A stretch of 64,000 nt of DNA from Raillietiella orientalis. Its lineage: Eukaryota. Both the position numbers and the translations under genes were made by a program. Position 1 is the stretch's first letter, and each line of letters begins with the position of its first letter. Where the stretch lies: NCBI GenBank assembly GCA_036172245.1, contig JAYWIR010000009.1, positions 3,348,001-3,412,000 of the forward strand. The letters are read 5' to 3'. Below the pieces are notes generated by a model. It saw only the letters and a list, made by a program, of their open reading frames with translations. It did not search any database and was not told the DNA's origin. This document shows positions 1 through 11,046 of this stretch, piece after piece.

Positions 1-2
1 CA

Positions 3-722
3 AACCGGAGCTCGACTCCTGCCAAACACCTTTGCCGCGATTACGTCGACACTGTGTCGAACAGTTGGGTGTCTTACCCGCTAACCATCCTTCACTGTTT
101 GCGGATGCTCGCCGACGTGCACGAGAAAACGGATATGTCGATGCACGTGTTGGGGGAGCTGCCCTTCGACTCGACGGAAGAGAGCGCGGTGAAAACGTGG
201 GCGCTGTATTTGTTGAGGAACTTACCCCACACGAAGAAGCTCCGGCTTTTGCTGCTGGAAGCCAATGCTGCCCATTGCGAGCGGAGGCGGAACAGGAGCA
301 CTGGTGAGACGTTCGCGGCCACCACCCGCGACGGACGTTCCGTGGTGTGGGAGTTGCCCGCGGAAAGTTCCTACAAGCAGTGCGTAGACGGGATCTCCCC
401 CTCATCCTCCTCTTACCACGCGAACGTCATCGTCTGGTTCGACTGCGGTTCGTGCAGGAGCATCGACCCACGGTGTAGCCAAAGCTGGGATGAAGCTGTA
501 TCGTGCCTGTTCTGCAATCCGGAAGCAATCGTCATAGTCACTTCCTACCAGAAGAAGTTTCTTATTCGCTTCCTCCGTGTTGCTGCGGAGATCACCAAAA
601 GGGTCCAGGTGCTGCTGATGCCCAGTCGAAATCCCTGCCGAGATCGCTGCCCCGTGCTTTCCTTTCCCGAGTGCACGGTCATGTTTGCAAACCATTATTT
701 TTGTATTTTAAAAACGAGCTGA
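3..722 (+). CDS. 3' part of an MSS51/ZMYND15-like protein (MSS51 C-terminal domain); 5' end outside window
   Basis: Frame is open from nt 3 to TGA at 720-722. Ordered motifs SYPLTI, MHVLG, W..LLRNLP, WFDCG, SW, VTSY, RNP and a terminal N match the MSS51_C domain pattern (S.PLT..hvlGa..W..llP..fN.G..sW..TsY..NPf..N). Confidence 0.6.
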   Translation, partial: NRSSTPAKHLCRDYVDTVSNSWVSYPLTILHCLRMLADVHEKTDMSMHVLGELPFDSTEESAVKTWALYLLRNLPHTKKLRLLLLEANAAHCERRRNRSTGETFAATTRDGRSVVWELPAESSYKQCVDGISPSSSSYHANVIVWFDCGSCRSIDPRCSQSWDEAVSCLFCNPEAIVIVTSYQKKFLIRFLRVAAEITKRVQVLLMPSRNPCRDRCPVLSFPECTVMFANHYFCILKTS

Positions 723-2893
723 TTTCCGTGTCCCTCAGCCATCGCAGAAAATGCACAGGCAAACACTTTCGAAGTGAACACTTTTGCCAATGTTTGATCC
801 TTCTTTCTTGCTTTCCTTTTTTTTTTTTTTTTTTTTTTTGAGACCTTTTTTGAAAGTTTTAGACAAGCTATTCGAAAAGACCGTCACGGCTTGCCATTTT
901 TGAACGTGTTCTCGCAGCGCTGCCTCTGGACCACACTTCCGACCTGTCTTCTGAATCTCTATTTTTGAAGTTTCACAAGAAAGTAATCTTTTACGGCATG
1001 TGACCCTGGAACGGGGAGCTTGATACTTGAGGAACTATTTCGAGGCAATAAATTTCTCCTCCCTGTAGAATGCGAGCGAGTTTTTTTTTTTCTTTCACGC
1101 TTCCTCAATGTTGCATTTTCTTTAGTACAAAGAAAATAAATAAATGTTCGCATGTTGTCGTTTTTCTCTCCACAAAGCATGGCATGTAGTTTCGTTTTTC
1201 TGGTGCATCCCGCGCCGAACTATGAAGTCACAGGAGTTCATCCTGGGGCGTAGGTTCATCATCATCATCATTTTTTTTTTTTTTTTTGCCCTCCTGGCAA
1301 AAACTGCTGCGAGTTACCCGAGGGGTTTTCAGCGCCTCGTTGGACGGCGTTGGAAATGTGAAAATCATTGGTCAAGAGCGGGCCGGCCACTCCGTACAAG
1401 CAGCAGCATTTCTTTCCGGGTTGTATTGGCTCCATCGTGAGTATCTTTCAGTTCCTCGAAGGTTCCCTGCGTGTCGTCAAGGATGTGTTGCCGGTGCTCG
1501 CGTACACGCCTCATCCGCAAAGTTTTTGCCCTCACGTGCTTTAAAAAACAATTGTGAAAGGTCCCAACTGCGGAGTGATGTGGTGGATGCCCATTAGGGT
1601 TTTGGAAGCGGGAAAGTGACCCTTGAGCCGTAGCAAGCAGCTGTGTTGGGGATGCTCCCGAGCGGCGAAGTGCACGGGTGGCAACGTGCACCAGTTTTCC
1701 GCGAACCCTGTTGGGCTTGTTGCTTTTATTGTGGAAGTTCTTGCGCAGCCTTGCTCTTGAGAGGGGGGGTCACAGATTCGTTCGGGAGGTCCTGTGGCCC
1801 GCGGGCATGGAAGCGTGGTGACCGACGCGAGGGCTTCCTCTTCGGAAGGTAGCGTAGTGCCGATGGAGGAACGCACATTTGCTCAGCAGGGAAATGTGAA
1901 GGTCAAGTCTAGTGGTGCGAAAGATCAGCCTGCGGTATGGAGATCGATGCCGGGAGTAACGAGCAAGGGTTCGTTACTCGGGAGGTCTTATGCGAATTCC
2001 GTTTTTCCCTTCAGGGTGGTGCAGTTTCCAGCTGTCCGTCGACAAAGCTCCTGTCCGTATTTCTTGAGGCGTTCGTAAGGAAGAAAGTACACGTTGCCTG
2101 GAAATCGGAAGCAGCGGAAATGTGTAGTTGAGCGTGAAGCGACTCTCTCCAGAGTGTGGGCGAGGAAGGCACGGGGGAGCCTTTCGTTGGTGGCGGGTGA
2201 AAAGGTGAACCTCCGAGCGCATCCTGTAGATGATTCCGCCACGCAGACTGTATCTTGAGGACCGCGGCGCAGTTTTCGAAAGAACGAGGCTTTCGTGCGT
2301 GTCCAGTGAATCAAACGTGGAAGTGTCACCGATGGACAGGGGTGGTTTGGTGTTCAGTAAATTGAGGAGCGGTGTATATGCCTTTCACCATGCGGAAGTA
2401 ATCAGTTGCTGAAGAACGCTGTTACGTCCCGTGCAAACGAGACCTGTTATTATCCGGTGAAATGGAAAGAATAATGAAGATAAAAAAAAAAAAAAAATGA
2501 ACACGGTAGGACAAAATCTTGTAGAGAGGTTTTTGAAGATATCTTCAGAAGGCTCGAGATGACACGATGTCCGCAGTGGAGGAGAGTCGTGGCGCTCGCG
2601 CCGCAGAGCGGCTGTTCCTGTGGGAACGCAAAATTGCGTCATCTTGTGCTTCCATCTCGACGCTGAATCGCCTGGTTCCCGAAACTGTCACATCATTATC
2701 CAGAGCTAGTCCTCCTTTTCGATGGGCCGGTTCCTTGAAGTGCTTTCCAGGGAAGGAGCACAGTGCAGATCGAATTCTCACTGCTCGGATGTGTGATTAC
2801 GTGCACTGGGTTCCAGCTTAATAGAAATGGGGGGTGGGGGTGGGAACAAGAAAAAATGCGAAAATAAGTTTTCGTGTGCCTGTTCAGGAAGTA

Positions 2894-4181
2894 TTACGTT
2901 GGTGCAAAAATGATTGCGGTTTTCATCATTTCAAGTTCTGGCGCCGATTCTTCTAGTTGCAGCTATCTTTTCTTGTAGTCACGTGATGCACCATTGTAAG
3001 CAGTGAAATTGGCACCACTGATTTCAGCTCATGTCCATCGTTTTCATTCTTTAGTACTGTTGGGTATGACCTCTTAAATGAGTCATGGGGGGAGGGGGAC
3101 ACAAATTCGCGCGACCTTGTCGTATGAGTCTTTTCCGATGGGAACGTGAGGCAGCAGAAACTTCTGTAAGTATCAAATTTTTTTTTGGAGAAGAGTCCGT
3201 CAGCGAACGTGCAGCTCAACGCTGGTTCCGGGAATTTCGTGATGGAAACGAAAGCCCTGGGAATGAGGAGAACCGTGGCCGTCCTTCGGCCGCAGACAGA
3301 CAATAACGATTTAAGAGCCATTACTGAAGAGGAATCCACGCTAAAGCAACGCGAGAGGTGGCAGAAAAGGAACTCCGAGCATGCAGTAGTTTGTTCCGAC
3401 ATCTGGAGCCAAATCGGAAACACAGGAAAGCTGGGCCGACGGGTGCACCCATGAGCGAAACGGACATCAGGCAACCCGGCGATGCGAGGTCTGCTCTGCG
3501 CCTCTTTTGAGCAACAAAAAATGGTCCCTTTCTTGATCGCATTGCCACGTGTGATGTAAAGTGTGCTCTCTGCAACGATCGGAAACAGTGGCTGGACCGA
3601 GGAGAAGCACCAAAACAGTTTCCTCAACCCCGAAGTTTCATGAGAAAGCGATTATGGTAGCTGTTTGGTGGTCGGCAAGTGACATCATTCACCACCATCC
3701 TGGTGAAACAACAGCAGCAGAAGAATGTTTCCAGGAAATGGAAAAACATGCATAGGAAGGCTGCGTCGTTTACGGCCAGCATTAATCAGTCGAAGAGGAC
3801 CAATTCTTCTTCATGGCAACGCCCGACCACACGTCTCACAAATGACTTTTAAGAAAATGAAACGAACCGGGTGATGAAACCTCGCCTCGCCCACCTCATT
3901 CTGCGGACTTGTCTCCGGCAGAGTATCATTTTTTCAAGCACTTGAGTAATTGCCTCCTACGAGAGGAGGTCATCAAAGATCAGCTGGAAGAGCTTTCGAT
4001 GTGTTCGTTAATTCCGAGACTACAAAATTCCATCTAGTAGGAATAAACCGACTTGTTTCCCGTTGGGAGAAATGGTGCAGGCCAGTGGTCTTCATTTTGA
4101 TTGATAAATGTAATTTTTAACCCAAATATGCGTCTTTGTACTCGATACGTAAAAACCGCAATTATTTTCTCACCAACCTGA
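2894..4181 (+). mobile_element. Full-length (1288 bp) decayed mariner DNA transposon, Hsmar1/cecropia-like
   Basis: Left TIR ttacgttggtgcaaaaatgattgcggtttt (2894-2923). Right TIR reverse complement tcaggttggtgagaaaataattgcggtttt (4152-4181). TA duplications at 2892-2893 and 4182-4183. Frameshifted transposase motifs WFREFRDG..GRPS, LDRIATCD, VWWSASDIIH, LLHGNARPH and PHSADLSPAEYHFF. Confidence 0.95.
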
Positions 4182-6559
4182 TACTTCCATAAAAAAAAAA
4201 TCAAAAGAATCTACCGCAAATCCAAATTTATTGTTAATAAAGTCACAGAGTAGTTGTAGAGAACCGAATAGAAAAAAAAGGAAAAAAAAGTTCCAAGTAA
4301 TACCCATGGAGGCAACCTTGCACCGGCAAAAATATCTCCATTGCCTTCCGAGCAGCAGCGTAGACCGAACTCTTCTTCCAGCCTTCATCCTACGTGTGCT
4401 GGTAGAGTCAGAAGGCCCTCGTCTAGATCTCGGTCGAGGTTAAGGTCAGCATCCACAATTTTTCGCTTCACAACTTGCAGAGCCTGGAGATGTCTTCAGA
4501 TCCTTTGGGAGCGAACTGTTTCCCTTGCACATGGTCACAATTCTTCGGCGTCCTAACGCCTCCCCTGTAGATTTAAAAGCAGATCAGCATCAGTCGGTGC
4601 TTCCGAATGCAAACGGAGCAGCGTTCCGTGAACTGAACATCTTCACTTCGTAATTCATCGTTTTCAGGTGCCCTTCCGGCATTTGCTTGTTGCTTCTTCT
4701 GTGGGTGGTTCTTCCTCGAAATCGGATTTGCGCCCTCCGAAAGAACGTTTCGTCCGAAGGAGCGATCCTCCGTTTCCGTGGTGCCATTTTCGAAAAAGCG
4801 GCAAAACCCCGAAAGGTACAGACCGAAGGGGCCGCATGTGGAAAAACGCGACGGGAACCCGCCCATCCCGAACGGCGCATGCGCCCGCCCGCGCCAACAG
4901 GTCGGATCCCCCGGCTCGCGCCAAAACACGCGAGCTGTGGACTCTTTGGGGAAAAATTCGCACCGAAGCTGCGGTGCAGCCTTCCTCTCCTCTGTGGTGG
5001 TTGCATGTGCCGCGGGAACACAGGGGATCCTTTCGCCGACGCTAGAGCTGTTGCGCTCCAGACAGTTCCCGTTCACGATTTTTGTTTCCCACTGGGGTTT
5101 TCAGATCGTCATGGGAATCGGGAGGACCCATCACGTGCGTCGCACTGTACGCGGATGCAAATGGTTTCGCCTCCCACCGCTACCGAGCACGCTTTGGCGA
5201 ATGGATCCGCGCCAGGAGTCGGCGATCGAAAAGGAGCCTTCGTGGGGAGCCTCCGAGGAACCCGGAAGTTCCAAACGAACGAAGTCTGTGACCACGAAGC
5301 GGTTCACGGGGCCCGGCACCCGGTTCTTGCGGCGTGATCCGTAGCTGCTGCAGATCAGTTCGAAAGCCACCTTGGCGAGTTCACGGGTTCCCACCATCGG
5401 GCCGTCAACACGCCCCCCCAGCCCTTTGCTGTCGCGAAGGCGCCCCCGTAGGACCGACGAAGAACCTCTTGTCGTCAGTTGCGAAAATGGGAAGCTTCGC
5501 CAAACCGGTGGCGGCTTCGACCCAACTTCAACCAGCCCCACTGCCTCTTTCCGGAGACTGAGATGCACCGCCCTCTTCGGGCATCTTTACCGACTCGTGC
5601 GCCTCTCCAGCCGAGGAGGACCGAATGCTGCATACGAGCCTGGAGGTTTCTTGGTACCACGACTGCCACGCGTCTGCTTGCATCCGGGTTACCTTCTGGA
5701 AGTGGGACCGAATTCTGATCTAACCACGTTGCGGACAGCTACTCTCGCTGCTTAAGTTATCGGTGTTGATTTCGTTTTGGACAGCTCCTGTAACAGCCTG
5801 GGGGTAATTTTCGTCCAATTCCTTAAGACTGTGGTTGCTGTCGACCATCCCGCTTCACGCGCTATAAAAGCTTACAGGCTTACCATTTACACTGCTTCTT
5901 CACCTTTTCTTCTTTGATTCCGTCCTCGAAGTCTTGCTTGGGGGGGGGGGGGGCTTTAGGGGACCATGATGCAGATAAACCTTAGCTATCGACGTGACCC
6001 GCGAACAAGAGACCGCACGTCGGTCTCGTATGCTACCGAGGCTAGAAAAACGGCATACAGCACAGGGCGCTTTTTTATGTTTTATACATAGAGGGAGTAG
6101 ACATCAACGTAACAAGAAAATATCAATGAGTACATGCGTACATTATAGATTCCAATTACCCATATGCACTGTACTATTAAGCAGCGTACTGTCTGCCGTT
6201 ACGCGGCTGACGGCGCAGCCTCTCTCTTTTGACTTTCGTGCCCATGTGTCGAGTGCGTGATGCGTAACTTGATGCCCGCCAGCTCCGGTCCTGGCGCCAA
6301 CTTTGAAGTTTTTCTTAAGCCCCTGCGGGGACCTCGGACGCATCCGATCGGGCGCAAGTGGCTGCATGGGTGCGTTTGACCGTTCCCACAGGGATCGGCG
6401 TTAGCAGACGAACACGCTGTGATTCACGCGTCGCGCGAGCCAATAGCCGCTCCTTAGTGAAGGAATCAGTCAACGAGGAATCATTGCTGCCACATTACTG
6501 CTGATGAGCAGAATCTATGGCAACACGACAGATCGGACGCAGTGCATGGCCGCTGAGTA

Positions 6560-8500
6560 ATGACGTTTCTCGTGTGCTTTCATCGCATGCGTGGCTCGGG
6601 ACTGATGGAGCCTTGCCTTTTGGTGCACAAGCGTATCACCATGGAAATTGCGATGACTTGAATTTTCGTGTCTTTCTTTACGACTGTTGAGAAGGAGCAT
6701 TAAGGGTTGTTTGTGATCGTAGCTGGGATACATCGCCTATGCAGGAAACCATAGCAAACAGCGGGTCACCCATTCCTCCACTGTATGGCGAGGAGGTCGG
6801 TGGTTCACTGATGCTCCTCCTCCTTGTCAGCAAGTTGCGATATGAGGGTACTTGCAGCTCATTATGCCTACTGGTTGGTTCTTCAAGTTCAAGCGAAACT
6901 CGGATCTCTCTCTAATCTTTTATCTTTTTTCCAGACGGTTGCATTTCCTTCACGTGTCTTCACTTCATCCAGCATGCTTCCGTCGGGGTGAGCAAGCAGT
7001 GCTTTAGTGTACCACCAGGAGTGCATGCAGACGAATCGCCAGTGCTCTTCGTCAAGTCGTCCACTGAAGGTGAACGCTGGAAGCGTTTTGTGTTGCATAG
7101 CCTTTGCAGGTGTGACCAGGGGGCGATTGGCAGAAGCTTCAGAACTGCATACGTCCCTTCTCAATCACACAAGTCTGCACAGGTTTGTGGGTAAACGGCG
7201 TTGGCTCCAGCGATGTTTTGCTAAGTGCAAGTGGCGCCGCGACGCTGATGCCCCCCACCCCCCCCTCTTTCAGTATTTGCAACTCGAAATCTTCTTGGTT
7301 GAAAAACTCACTTATCCCAGGAATAGAATTAATTATCTGCGGATCTCCCGGCGGTAACTTTCCTTCTTAGAGAAGTGAAGCCTCGAAAACTTCGCCGTGC
7401 ACGTGGGTGCTTTCAGTCCCGGTACGAGAGGAGTCAGGATAACCAAAACGCACGCGTTCCCTGTGGTGGAGACCAGGATCAGCAACTGTTGATTACATTG
7501 TGCGAATGCGGCACGTGAAAAGAGCTTCTTCACCATTCGGAAAATGCAAATACCGGGCCGGGGGTTAACGGTCGCATTACTTGCAAGGCGATCGCTCAGA
7601 GAGAGGAATCAGATTGCGGTTCCTTTAATTCCTGTCCCAGATAGAAGAGAAACTGAAGACTCGCTTGTGCCTCGTTTTTGATTGGTGCGAAGAATGGGTC
7701 CCAAGTTTTTCCACCCGTCTTCGTTGTGACGTAATCAGGCCATCTCTGAAAAACGGATGCATAGGGGTCCGTGTCGTTGTATAGATCTTCTCCGGAAGCT
7801 CTGGATTGCATTTTAACGATTGACTTCACCCTTGAGAGTAGCATTCCATTTCCCAGAGACGTGATCGGTACATGATGGAGTCTACCCTGAGTTTCTCTAA
7901 ATCGCGTGCCAGCCTGGACAGCCCGTGAATCTGACGCACACCTACTGCTCTGAAGTTTCCAATCATATACAGCTTTGCTCCCGAAATTCGTATCTTCTGT
8001 TTTTGTTTCCTTCGGCGTGGTAACCAATGAACAGACGAGCTGAAGGACACTCGTCAAGCTGCGTAGCTCCTGGTCTCGAGCGTGGCATTTCATGCCAACT
8101 CGGCACACTCTCCTTCCCGACACTTTCACTGCTATCCGTCAGTAAAAAGATCGTAAAAAAGCCAGATGCTTCATTGAGGTTTCCGCTGTTTAGTGGAGCT
8201 CGGTGCTGGTGCTGTCGGGAAGCCTTTTCTTGCCCGTGACACCAACAGCCGACCAGCAACTTGCCTTTGCAAGAGGTTCAGGAAGAGGAAGCCATAGACG
8301 GCTTCGAAGAAGGGATTCCGCGATTTGTTTTGCAGCAGGCACTCCTTGTCCCGGTTGCCCGGGGCAAGGAGTGCCTGGCTTCGTTCCTGCTGTCGGGGCT
8401 TTGAGGACTGCCTTAGACACCGCCCATGTTTGCGAGAGTTGAAGTGCCGCCCGCTTTCGCCGCAAGACTGAATCTCACTGTCTATTTTCTCCATTGCTAA
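6560..8500 (-). mobile_element. Highly decayed hAT (Ac/ZBED-like) transposase remnant
   Basis: Ordered frameshifted motifs on the minus strand: LTDSSESV (~8140, TDNAxN), GKWNATL (~7845, TRWNST), W..FFAPIK (L.PF), TVADPG (LDPR), then dimerisation-domain-like GDPL..YP.L and GDTLVHQKARL (~6570-6770). Many stops; no TIRs identified. Confidence 0.55.
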
Positions 8501-9354
8501 GCATCTAACATGTTAATGGCGCTGGCGAATTTCATGAAGAAATAGTTTATGCATCCCATCGGTTCCATCTAGCTTTCGTCTGCAGCCCCCATTTAAGCAC
8601 CAAGGATAAAAGGTGGGCTGCGATCTCCGGTGATGCAACAGCATCGCAGCATCTGAGAGAAGTAGGACCAGTGCGAGTAGAGATCGTCGAGGGAACTGTT
8701 TTATTTCTGTGTCATACAGTAGGACGTTATGGAACATTGCAGTTTACTAAAGCAGTAGGGATCCTGTATGCTGTTTAGAAAAAAAGTGCGAAAGTAGAAA
8801 AGAAAAAAAAATGGAGTAGAAACAAAAGCATCGAACTTTGCAAATGAAGTGTAATTCTAGCCTTAAATGTGTCATCTTTCGAAATCGAGAACCCCTCAAG
8901 AGTTCGATGTAGATGGAGCAATGCGTAGGCCACACTGTTAGGAAACTGATCTTGCAAGTTGTCTGGAAGAAAAAAAAAAAAAAAAAATGTACTGTACGAA
9001 TCCTTCATTGGGACGAGCGATGGAAAGCAGTAGATCTCAAGGCCCAGCTTCGTCACCGTCTTGCAGCGGCAGAGGAACCAACGAGCACCCCCATTTCGAG
9101 TGGCAGGGTTGCCAACACCTTTCGCCATGTAAGTGGTCATACATATGATGACGGTATGAATGATGTCACTGATTAGAAACAGTACCGTGTCCGAGATACG
9201 GTTGGTTGGTGGTTCATGCAACTTTAAACTGCAGAAAATGTTGGTTCTGTGCTTCTGCACTCCAACGCCTGGATGATTTGCCGCAGTGAAACCTCAGAAG
9301 GAGCTGACAAACGTTGTGAAGAAAGAACAGGCGTTTGCTTTCCATTGCCATCCC

Positions 9355-11046
9355 ATGGGTTCGTTGTCTTCGGTGGAGAACTTGAAGGTGTTGAAGATTT
9401 TGCTGAATGCAAGTCTTTTTTTGTATTCGGTGTGTTTAATGTGTGTCATCATACCAAGGTTGCAAGCCCCGTTTCTGTCCGATAAAAGCTCGTTGTTTTT
9501 GTGGCATCCGTTTCTGATGATTTGCTCAGTAAGTAAAACAACATCAGGTCTGACTACTATGTGTGTGTGTGGTGTTGGAACGTGTTTTCAAGCGGTGACG
9601 GTATGAGGTGTAGGAAATACTGAGTGCCCAGTGTAATTCATGCCACCAGGACAACCTTGCCAAAAGTAGTAATATTTATTGGTTGATAAGTACATAAGAT
9701 TTGGGAATTACCATTTTTGGCCGTGACGATTAATAGTATTCTTCATATTAATAATCCTTGCCCCGGTTAATTCGTGCAGGTAGTTAAGGAAGTAATCAAG
9801 AATGCATACAAGATGTTGCCAAAAGTAAAGTGAGAGGTTTGCAATGCATTCGTAGGAACAGCAGCTTGAATTGTGGGCATCATCAATTTGCATCCACGTT
9901 TAGCACACCTTGAATAAGCAAGTTTGTGTTTTGTGCGAGTATGGCCATGATTGTGAATTGATTCCGTTCTGCAATTCAAGTAGCTGTTTCCAGAAAAGTA
10001 TTGGAAACTTTTTTCAGTTTCCTTTGATCATTGAGTTGCAGCAGGTATAGATTTTGATGTGTTGTATAATGTAAATCACTAAAGCATTATGTTTTTGCCC
10101 ACACGAATTTAGGTATATTGCTGGACTCGACATTATGTCTTTTAATTTGGGTAAGAATGGCATCCGGTTCTTCCCCATTGTTTGCTTTGATATGACTTCT
10201 TCTGGAAAACGGTTATCAATTGCATTCTGTGTAGAGAATTTATTTGTATATTTTGTTGAATGCTTTCTTGTATTGTAGCTATTTTTGTTTTCATGCTCAA
10301 GTATTCATGTTCATGTTTTTCCCTTTGTGTGTATTATTTGTGTGTGTATTTTTTCCAACACATTACTTTAAACAATTAAAACTTCATGCATGTATTAATT
10401 GCAAAATTTTTATGTTTTGAACCAGTAGTTTTTCTCAAAAATTCTGTGTTTTGTTGCCCTAAGAAAGCTATAATCTCTATCATAGAAGTACTGTTTCATT
10501 AAGCCTCAAGTGATTCAAAACTATGCAGTTGTCAAAATATATTTTTCTCATTAGTTTTCCATGATTGTGGAAGGAGCTATGATGTTCTCTCCAATATCCC
10601 TTATTGCAACTGGACCTCATGTTCAAAAATTATTCTGTCACTGGATTTTTCAAGTTACAGGAATGGTTTGTTGCATTTTAGGTTTTGCACTTATCTTTTA
10701 TAACAAAGTCTTGTTTCAAAAACCCCATTTTACCACCTGGCATGGCATTGTAGGAACTTTAGCCTTGTTGGTTTTATTCATTACAACATTTCTGGGTATC
10801 ATTTATAATTATTATGGCTTTTATTTTATGAAGCTGAGCATGAGGATTTACACATATTTGCGAAAACTTCATCAGATATTTGGTTGTTTTGGTGCTCTGA
10901 TGCTCTGTGGCAGTGTGTTTTTAAGTATGTTTTCTAATTGGTGTGTTAGTCACATCAGCAATGTATTATGGGTCTTGGATTTCTTATTTATATCATGCAT
11001 AGCTGCCATCATAGCAGGTTTCCAGATAATCAGAGCATTCAGGTGA
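9355..11046 (+). CDS. CYB561D2: Cytochrome b561 domain-containing protein (CYB561D1/D2-like transmembrane reductase), 2 exons, 221 aa
   Basis: Exon 1 9355-9528 (MGSLSS..LFLWHPFLMICS|gtaagt), exon 2 10555-11046 (ttag|FSMIVEG..). Heme-ligand His motifs WHP, CHW, WHG and LHQ; multiple hydrophobic helices. Confidence 0.9.

Noticed and set aside
1286..2470. SASLDG..KII / GH..V motif as a WD40 or YqaJ fragment
   Set aside because: A single short motif with no supporting repeats or downstream catalytic residues.
4340..5960. Possible spliced minus-strand gene (one plausible 46-nt intron near 5840-5885)
   Set aside because: Could not build a consistent exon chain or recognise any domain.
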